A stretch of DNA of 64,000 nucleotides from a virus, in IMG/VR virus record IMGVR_UViG_3300021090_000723, positions 1 through 64,000 of that record. One strand, written 5' to 3'. The first letter of the stretch is position 1. Each line of letters starts with the position of its first letter. The translations under genes and the position numbers were made by a program. The notes below the pieces were generated by a model. The model searched no databases, was not told the origin of the DNA, and saw only the letters and a program-made list of their open reading frames with translations. Positions 60,301 through 64,000 of the stretch are shown one piece after another.

Positions 60301-63300
60301 GGGAGAGCGTGCCGTTGACGCTTGCGAGCAGGGCGCGCGCACTCTGACCGGCGGCCAGCAGCGCCTTCTTCTCGGCCTGGAGCGGCTTGACCTTGTCGGA
60401 CAACTCCATCGAGTTGATCGTGCCCTCGCGGTTCCGCTTCACCAGCGCCTCGATCTCCTTGTCGATCGCCGGGACCCGGACGCCGCCTGCGCGCAGGTTG
60501 AAGTCGAGCGCATGGCCCCATTCGTGCGACAGGGACCCGTCGCCCTTGGTCTTGGTCAGGTTGATGACGTTGGTGTCTGGCTCGTAGTGAGCGGAGCCGA
60601 ACCCAGATCCGCGCGAGCCGAACGCCAGGCCCAGCTTACCGCCGATGGAGATTGCCTTCGCTGGCACACCCATTATCTCGGCGAAGTCCATGAGCGCGTC
60701 GTAGGCGGCGTTGACGTGCGCCTGGCCCTCGCGGCCGGTGACCCAGTTCCCGAACTCGACGCCGCGGAAGCCGAAGGTCTTGCGGAAGTCCTCGGCCTTG
60801 ACGTTCTTGCCCGCCTTCCGGCGCTCGGGCAGGCCCGGGCGCGTGATGTCCTCGATCCGGATGCTCGGCCGCACGAGGGGCGTGGCGCGTGTCGGCATCG
60901 TGTTGTCGTCGCGGAAGTGGGGCAGGCCTTCGTCCAGGCGCCACAGGTTCGGCCACGAATAGTGGTGCAGGTACGGCCGCAACGTCTTCTGCGCCCAGTC
61001 CGTGGCGATGACGCGCGCCGACATGCCTTCCGGGCGCTGGACCTCTTTGACGATCAGGCGCTTGAGCGCGGCGTGGATGTCCTCGACGTTCTTCGCGCCG
61101 GCGAGCGCATCGCCCAGGATCTCCATCGCGCCGATGTATTCGGCGGCGTTCTCCAGGATGGTCTCGCGCTTCTCCTCCCAGCGCTTCTCCAGCGTCTTTC
61201 TGAACGGCGTGCGCCATTTGCCACGGCCGCCGCCCTGGTTCTTACCCTCCTGCTCGGTGAAGGTGACGAACGAGCGGGAGACGAAGTCGGCGAAGACGTG
61301 GGCGCCGGTCGTGGCGTCAGCCGCCAGGCGGGAGCGGAGGTCCCGCGCGTCCAGAGCCTGCTCGAGCATCTTGTCCAGATCCTCGATCTTCTCGACCTTG
61401 GCTTTGGCCTGGGCGCGCTTGCCCGCCATGGCCTCGCCCACGTCCGTCATCTTCGGCATGGGCGCGCGGCGGTCGGTGACCGGCTTCCTTGGTTCTTTGA
61501 CCGGCCTCTTCTCGGGCGCCTCGATTGTTTCACGTGAAACATCAACGGCCTGGGGCAGAATCGCGGTGGTCGTGTCGCCCTCTTCGATCCACCGTTTGAA
61601 GTCGGCCACGTTCATTTCGAGGCCGCCGTTCTTCCGGCGCTGCGGCCCCGAGCCGTCCGAGTACCCGGCGTCATAGACCGCGATGGCCTGCTCCGGGGTG
61701 TCGACCGCGGCGATGGCCTTGTGCTCATCGAACTTGCCGGTCTTCGGATCGTACTGATCGATGACGAAGACCTTGTCGCTCTTCAGGTTCGGTCCGAGGT
61801 AAATGTCCAGCTTTTCCTGCTGGTTAGGCGGGGCGTTCGGCTTCGCATCCGCACCGATCGAGCGCTTGATGTAGCCGTAGTCGGCCAGGATGTTGACGTT
61901 CGTCCAGATCGGCTTGCCGTCCTCGCCCTCGGGCCCAAGGCGATCCGTGCCCTTCGGCGTCTCGATAGTGATGTCCAGGCCGTTCCAGTTCTCGATGTGG
62001 CCCTTGGCGTAATTCCCAGCCTCGCGCTGCGCCTCGGTCGTCTCCTTGGCGACCGCGTCACGCGCCGGCTGGATGTCTTCCTCGGTCTCCGGACGCTTGA
62101 CGGGGTTGGTCTTGGTGCCTTCCGGCGCCCGGGCGACGTGCTTGATCTTCGCAAGCTGCTCTTTGGCGCTGGCGATGAGGCCGAGGGCGTCCCGCTTCGC
62201 AGAGTCGGGCCAGCTGCCCGACATTGCCCGCTCGACATAGCTGGTCACATAGGCCTTGGCTTCGTCCAGCGTGGCGAATTCGTTCGCGTGCGAGCCGCCC
62301 ATGCCGCCCGCTTGGCTGGTGATGTTGTACGAAATGCGCGGGACCGTGTAGCGGGCCTCCTGCGGGTCGTAGACGATCATAAACGCGAGGTTGCTGCTGC
62401 TCTTCTTCGCCTTGGCCGGGAGCAGTTTGCCGGTGTCGAGCACCACTTCGCCGCGCTCCATGACGGCCTCGTGCTCGTCCCGGGCGACCTTCTCGCGCGC
62501 CCTCCGGGCGTCGTGCTCGGCATCCTCGGCGGCGCGCTGGCTTTTGGCTTCCTTGGCGATCGTCGGCCACTTGTACTCAAGGTCGGACTGCTCGGCCTTC
62601 GCCTTCGCGATGTCCACTTTGTAGCGCTCGATCTGGCTCTTCCACGTGTCGAGGTTGATCTTGGATGGCTTCTTCGGTCCCGCCAGGGCCTCGTCCATGC
62701 GCTTCTGCGTCTCGGCCATGTTGTGCTGGTAGGCCGAGAGGTGGAATTCGCGCTGGCGGTAGTCGTCCAGATCCTGCGCCATCGGATGCTCGGGGGCTTC
62801 CGGCTGCTCGCGCTCCACCAGGTAGTCGCCAATGTCCTTGACCAGGTCCGGGAACTTCTTGCCGTACCACTCCAGGCGCAGGCCCTTGGCCGCGGCGCGC
62901 GCGGCGTAGATCGACTTGTCCCAGCCCGGCTCCGGGGTGAAGCGCTCTTCCTGCGCCTCTTCCTCGGCGCGATCGGCCTCCATCTGGACGATCTCGTCCG
63001 TGGTGGGCTCCATCACGTCTTCGCCGGACTTCTCGCCGGGCGCGAGTTCGCGCGCTGGCGGGGTTATGAGACCAGGCAGCGGCTCAACGGGACCTTCGCC
63101 TTCGCGTTGCGCCATGCGCCGGGCTTCATCGGCGCGCTCATCGGCAATGCGCGTTTCCAGCGCCGCGCGCATCAGCCCGGTTTTGGTGTCGTAGTTCCGG
63201 AGGATGTGCTCCTGGAACACATCGGCGGCTTCCACGCCGAACGAGTCGGCATAGGCGCCCCACCAGTTCACGAATTCCTCAGGGGCGGCGGTGAAGGCCT

Positions 63301-64000
63301 CCTTGGCCTCTTTATCGAGCCGGTCCTTGGCCTTGGCGTTCTTCGGCGGCTTGCCGGTGGCGGGATCGTTGCCCGAGTCGATGTAGGCCTGCGCCGCGCG
63401 CAGCTGGTTGATGGGCTCTTCGAAGTGCCGCAACGCCTCATCGTGGAAGGCGCGCAGCGTTTCGGTGCGCTCTTCCGGCGTCTCGGCCGGGTTCTCGTCC
63501 CAGAAGCCGGGGCGTCCGGCTTCGCGCAGCGCTTCATCCGCAGGCTCGGGGAACGTCTTCTTGAAGTCGAAGGGCAGTCGTTTGCCGCTCGACTTCTTGC
63601 CCTTTTCCTTGGCGAGATCGGCGGCCTCGCGCTCGATCTGGGCCATTTCCGCCTCGACGTCCTGGGCGGGCTTGGTGCCCGGCACGGTGAACGTCTCCTT
63701 GGGCGGCGTCTCCCTGATCCATTCCTCACTAGGCTCACCTGGCGGCTGGGTGAGATCGGCGCGCTTGACGTCGCCGGTCTTCACGTTGTGCCAGCCGATC
63801 TGGTTGTCCTCTTCGTCGAAGAGCGCTTGCCAGTCCTTGCCACGGGGCTTGGGCGGCATTTCTGCCTTCGGCGGCTGGGTTGGTGGCTTGGGCGGTGGCT
63901 CTGGAGCCTGTTCGGCCGCACCCGCTGGCGGCTCTCCTGGCGCGCCTGGGCGCTCCATCGTGGGCTCGACGCGCGGCTTTTCCGGCTCGCCCTCGCCCCG
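48365..64000 (-). CDS. Giant DarB-like polyvalent virion/ejection protein (>5,197 aa, 5'-truncated). N to C: PPase-like, LPD1/zincin, N6-MTase, SNF2 helicase, JAB-like, zincin, LPD38-like
   Basis: GNYAKGH..DYGYI..FDEHK (~61580-62020); EFGNWV..AHYEP..HEWGHALD..ARSFE (~59900-60850); LEPGMGIG..GNVPFG (~58480-59450); VGAGKT, VDEAH, TGTPISN, EQREGRIERQGN (~55250-57120); HHNHT..S..D (~53870-54360); HEVIHG (~53350); EEIQSDWHQ (~52060); NFNRRG..LFYNA..IPLPYG (C-terminus). Confidence 0.9.
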   Translation of the reverse strand, partial: RGEGEPEKPRVEPTMERPGAPGEPPAGAAEQAPEPPPKPPTQPPKAEMPPKPRGKDWQALFDEEDNQIGWHNVKTGDVKRADLTQPPGEPSEEWIRETPPKETFTVPGTKPAQDVEAEMAQIEREAADLAKEKGKKSSGKRLPFDFKKTFPEPADEALREAGRPGFWDENPAETPEERTETLRAFHDEALRHFEEPINQLRAAQAYIDSGNDPATGKPPKNAKAKDRLDKEAKEAFTAAPEEFVNWWGAYADSFGVEAADVFQEHILRNYDTKTGLMRAALETRIADERADEARRMAQREGEGPVEPLPGLITPPARELAPGEKSGEDVMEPTTDEIVQMEADRAEEEAQEERFTPEPGWDKSIYAARAAAKGLRLEWYGKKFPDLVKDIGDYLVEREQPEAPEHPMAQDLDDYRQREFHLSAYQHNMAETQKRMDEALAGPKKPSKINLDTWKSQIERYKVDIAKAKAEQSDLEYKWPTIAKEAKSQRAAEDAEHDARRAREKVARDEHEAVMERGEVVLDTGKLLPAKAKKSSSNLAFMIVYDPQEARYTVPRISYNITSQAGGMGGSHANEFATLDEAKAYVTSYVERAMSGSWPDSAKRDALGLIASAKEQLAKIKHVARAPEGTKTNPVKRPETEEDIQPARDAVAKETTEAQREAGNYAKGHIENWNGLDITIETPKGTDRLGPEGEDGKPIWTNVNILADYGYIKRSIGADAKPNAPPNQQEKLDIYLGPNLKSDKVFVIDQYDPKTGKFDEHKAIAAVDTPEQAIAVYDAGYSDGSGPQRRKNGGLEMNVADFKRWIEEGDTTTAILPQAVDVSRETIEAPEKRPVKEPRKPVTDRRAPMPKMTDVGEAMAGKRAQAKAKVEKIEDLDKMLEQALDARDLRSRLAADATTGAHVFADFVSRSFVTFTEQEGKNQGGGRGKWRTPFRKTLEKRWEEKRETILENAAEYIGAMEILGDALAGAKNVEDIHAALKRLIVKEVQRPEGMSARVIATDWAQKTLRPYLHHYSWPNLWRLDEGLPHFRDDNTMPTRATPLVRPSIRIEDITRPGLPERRKAGKNVKAEDFRKTFGFRGVEFGNWVTGREGQAHVNAAYDALMDFAEIMGVPAKAISIGGKLGLAFGSRGSGFGSAHYEPDTNVINLTKTKGDGSLSHEWGHALDFNLRAGGVRVPAIDKEIEALVKRNREGTINSMELSDKVKPLQAEKKALLAAGQSARALLASVNGTLSHTWDVEGAIKMVDNLLTGRSHIRGRQGLGPLKTAEQYVDHLWQNEGWSAKLTTKFKRNAQELGKYWVRPEELWARSFESFIYDELAAKGQTSPYLVNGWVAEGQTTKEAGYRGTPYPAEEERANFALMWRGLLDQLEWNEDGSLKEKTYTPLPDSKQAVEEALKKIDIPKRWAELEREKRAKGQPGKLPEQGGRAPAGAPTTGVRGPEGGGEAGAEGPGPIGIDSELGQQPTSASEPGRASGETDQAGAERPPDGGVGRPEGVSPDEREGSLGDRAKRGIRGLNFRIAEDADYATGSPAQRIVKNIEAIRVALDLEKGGQLASREDQEQLAHYVGWGATGLAKIFDEGRGLDYGLIPYREQLKAMLTPEQFASARATTINAHYTSQDVVRGIWDGVTELGFTGSGNVLEPGMGIGNFMGMRPKGSDPKFIGVELDDVTGKIARALYPEARIFVQGFEDTALPEDSVDLVIGNVPFGDIRPADKMYNKGRPLSLHNYFIFKSLKLVKPGGVLALVTSRYTMDSQDKTARTMIRDAGGDLIGAIRLPNTAFKENAGTQVVTDILFIRKRKEGEPAGKPDWLEAKEFRVGTSPATVNQYFKDNPNMILGTNAVTRGMYREDEYTVTGTATGLREKIANAVQAMMEKSALRFDPEAGDVDTYDDLAPPPDTVKDNAFFERDGKLFQRVLQSSVPVELSDGQAGRVRLLIRLRDKAREILTAQRGEWEGKGTAPWVAPQKELGKLYAQFVKAFGYINQVQISRRTMPDGEVREYRRYPNMLAFRDDPDAALVSALERFDEEKNEGIKGPIFTDRVVEPTREILRVNTPDEALIASMNMKGIVDVPYMAKILGRQPSTFLNELKGRIFKNPATGAYEPSEVYLSGNVRGKLAFARDAAKGEPEWAENVKALEVVQPVDLKPSQIAVRMGTPWIPNSDVEGFISELLETEAIVEYVPKEATWHVRIAQEGTAPNTQTWSVNWTTSRAEGKSIARRGIDLIRDALNQKSTVISWQDSEGKTHTDMNATIVAQEKQNDIKERFSKWIWKDPERGARLSRFYNDNFNNLRVATFNGDHLTLPGSSSTIELRSTQKKAVWRYLVSGNTLLDHLVGAGKTFTAIAAAMEAKRIGLLSKPLFSVPNHMLEQFSREFMQLYPNASILVADERAFAGDNRRRFVARAAAGNWDAIIMTHSSFERVGMSAKFQADYIRDEIAEYADLIRAARETDTGGRSPTVKQLEAAKKRREEKLRELMQAKDKDRGLSFEEMGVDGIFVDEAHLFKNLEFATKITNMNPPSSQRAFDLYLKTKYIDKMTPGRGLMFMTGTPISNSMAEMYTMQRYLQPRGLAERGLSHFDAWASTFGDTVTQAEITPEGGKAMLKTRFARFRNIPELISMYRQFSDLVSKDDLIATGQVKLPKISGGGPKTIIVPASDALKAYIAEIGERAEAVRKREVTPDEDNMLLISTDGRKASLDLRVVDPAARKEKVRKASEVASNAARIYKAGAKEKHTQIIFCDMSVPSNVAYSIYRDIKEELVKKGVNANDVAFVQDANTDQKKANLFADVRAGRKRILLGSTEKMGIGTNVQDRLKALHHVDPSWRPSDIEQREGRIERQGNTNEEIDLFRYVTEGSFDAYMWQTVERKARFINQIKRGDPSVREAEDIDEQVLSFAEAKALAAGNPLILDKAKADSDVDRLSRLRGAHYDNIHEMEWQIHRLPGEIAGMEEARGRVKADHAAYLERKDKPHYTILGTVYEKRVDASKALADIIEKAWNLQKSKNEAQGRKRNAEIEDIPIGKMYGFPISVEVDGYYQPQAVIHGKMTDKVELDLQSLKLGAISRIENFFKSRPGEIDYRQAKIDTAKKKLVDFKELVKVPFEREDQYQAALKRQRKIDQALGLIEADPQPVAGAPEPDLPPRRSAGFILSEAPGEGLGLAPPARPPRDEGMLARRIVEGNSDLADDLGKFVAKKKAKTPAAVNVAIGDWLRAFGERTKTEAAVAYDPATQTVIAAETSGKDTYVNLRGKIEDALSKPDARIVFHHNHTMPYGLSFADLTLLDLPGLDWMIAHTTEGQWHAARLTPETRRAFADLDLTLWSSPSDILNKMLQESQNAQGRVGRSLIRERGLDRNLAVANFSHNFAVGLARAGLIDYRSSVVVPESLAATFDTMAQAGAEAIASPLKAIGVVNVSDRGTAPTQFADGIAEILGEDQGLAVEPRGGAGEGARPEGVGRGLERLRLPQAPPVIETGDGVTFTFSPEFEAKREQLAADLRAYLVNRNLPLAVRVADAIADPEGHEADGHFDITKNLITIALDTKDPFGTITHEVIHGLRNLGFFTKSEWATLEAAAKDKWKRTFDIVGKYYKPDVQTEETIAFAAQNYEPSNEFAKAGLATKVLQRVRNFFEGLRNFFRGRGFQTPEDIFKRIESGRIGKRGKAGPTRSEAKFALKPQPPAPFFSTLARTIEASKQEKASGIQWQAFIKNARGITKDETEWTGVNEWLESQQGPVTKQALLDFIRENNVQIEEVEKGRAPGDDEGPYPENIEDWLPDEERTIQPEGQRYYSEMAFDADDASVTFHYDQRGVVTRVNAIRAGRELGDFGDFIEAREAIHRDAGIVAEGGATKFESQTLPGGENYRELLLTLPQIGVPFDPAKVRIERNRRSTTQGDVTVFYGDHKVGTWDDPIVLNSVTKKYEGPNDAHWIDVMRRRYPGDRSLAIDALSGQFRSGHFDEANILAHVRFKDRADADGKRVLFIEEIQSDWHQKGRRQGYSVKETRSPVFSIFDDQGELVGTRPTLDQAQEFIRDKHGRRPAWNRDDQAPMDTTNWTIKEGEAIEKRTGVPDAPFKSTWHEIALKRMLRYAAENGYDRLAWTTGAQQAERYNLAKHVNSLRLTDNVSGGIGRPRMDGPFERGHLIAYGKRNEEAINRQIESRDDLAELVGAELADKLLAVTPVEGRSAGLGVRVREISGLDLTVGGEGMKGFYDRIVPQFLNRYAKKWDAKVGTTKIDTGKESEPSWTVAETHPQKKQGVIDVHSLDVTPAMRESVMEGQGLFARRMPPGANAFTMFTDSPQPSVVDYLRNSNLSLMERLKGAASLSAINASFDKWRVGFQDRYLKVARMQAAIEQMLGRPLTEEENAYLAEELSSGRKGAKLEDLFERQIRPLVLAMHERGISREELETFLYARHAPERNARINEINPKFREEGIAGSGMSDEDARGIMDEVDKTGRRADFDALAGMVDDVLAFALNTRVEAGLMSEEQAEAWRATYRDYVPLRGVAELDPEVEADRPRPGKGFDVKGKESHRAFGRQSPARDILAYAFMQAEEAIIRGENNRIGNAIYELAKAAPNENFWKVDKVAMRPVWIKARQEVQYWPVRRILAEDAPYTLSTKIDGQEHRITFNRNNPVARDLAQGLKGLGQDQISLLIRNFGAINRILSHVNTTLNPEFVITNAFRDAQTALSNIQAHGDIKGITKGTVKDYRKALVASSRSAFKAEPGKTLMPWMAKDQAEWDRWAQEFRENGGRVYFNQMEDVLELRKRLDGQMREIGTSKLNPIMAMKTLGRIIENTNIGVENAIRLSAYKNARERGFTPAKAASLAKNLTVNFNRRGSWGPLMNSLYLFYNASIQGTATLLTAWKSPRVRKVAAFAVLTGFLLDFLNAFVSDEDDDGQLLYDKVTPFDKSRNLIVMTPSEGGVAAKIPLPYGYNIFYGVGRSIAEVMRGKDPLESAGNLAITIMDSFNPVGGAQNLLNMIAPTTMDPVVDLFMNKDYAGRPIAPEQSQYGPQVPNSQRYWNSVSPAYKAVTDFLSTASGGTGVEPGLIEISPEWLDYGFGVAWGAAGTFYERNFLDLPMKFADPTSTITFNDIPFVRRVVTSKPPWIDKATFYERINKIEQSRAYARDYQREGRRPEARGFVQENRAMLSLYNDANNARTELSEIRASRAQAKMALEQGRMARPRYNEQVRILNEAEERIIRMFNAEYLERTRRRP
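53620..53769 (-). CDS. Nested +1-frame small gene (49 aa) inside the giant ORF
   Basis: GGAG-N6-ATG; MYLIEEPPPLSSPMALRRFLARTKDLPSSPEVEQARARAQKALEEALKD-TAA; the main frame here is a G/E/R-rich linker with rare codons. Confidence 0.65.
   Translation of the reverse strand: MYLIEEPPPLSSPMALRRFLARTKDLPSSPEVEQARARAQKALEEALKD
59452..59763 (-). CDS. Nested +1-frame gene (103 aa), TnpV-like helical protein, inside the giant ORF
   Basis: AAGGGA RBS then GTG; YRSKVEGHLRVHRPQEFAGLKAEGKLEQRV...MAESDALREYLP; the main frame here is a low-complexity G/P/E/R linker. Confidence 0.7.
   Translation of the reverse strand: MQKVSPESYRSKVEGHLRVHRPQEFAGLKAEGKLEQRVQDLSESIANWVNSQLPQVSQDEPLERRIKLERSALLMAESDALREYLPMSEREASGIGPSGGYED
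61526..61541. promoter_or_regulatory. parS: Chromosomal-type parS palindrome TGTTTCACGTGAAACA
   Basis: Perfect 16-bp consensus; AT-rich island within GC-rich coding DNA; encodes DVSRET in a linker. Confidence 0.8.

Larger units (their letters stand above)
1..64000. mobile_element. Tailed dsDNA phage/prophage segment, probably alphaproteobacterial host
   Basis: Contains TerS/TerL, replication, recombination, lysis and giant virion-protein genes; dense stop/start-overlapping small ORFs; no host housekeeping operons. Confidence 0.95.

Noticed and set aside
1-64000. tRNA, rRNA, CRISPR array, integrase/att site, DGR or reverse transcriptase
   Set aside because: None recognised by eye; a tRNAscan, Infernal or repeat search could still find weak cases

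Overview
The whole 64 kb window reads as a GC-rich tailed phage or prophage, most likely of an alphaproteobacterial host (EcfG-like sigma, GcrA-like HTH, GapR-like protein). No integrase, portal, capsid, tRNA, rRNA or CRISPR array is visible. There are three transcription blocks. (1) A leftward arm from ~32520 to 1: Cro-like, GapR-like, RuvC-like, ECF sigma, adenine MTase, GP88-like, ProQ/FinO, DnaB, initiator, ParB-like pair, ~50 small accessory genes, an acyl carrier protein, TerS and an intein-containing TerL. (2) A rightward arm 32633-45870: 5'-3' exonuclease, RecT, HNH, a PRPS-like + NAMPT-like pair matching the NARP1 NAD+-reconstitution anti-defence pathway, and a HerA-like ATPase. (3) A leftward late block: a >5,197-aa DarB-like polyvalent protein, 5'-truncated by the window edge, followed by a lysis cassette. 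The most unusual observations are: two small genes nested in the +1 frame inside linkers of the giant ORF, each with its own RBS; a 550-aa protein next to TerL that looks stitched from short terminase-, capsid- and portal-like motifs (possible immune decoy); a perfect chromosomal-type parS site inside the giant gene; and a perfect DnaA box beside an early promoter. All family assignments come from motif recognition by eye, not from database searches.
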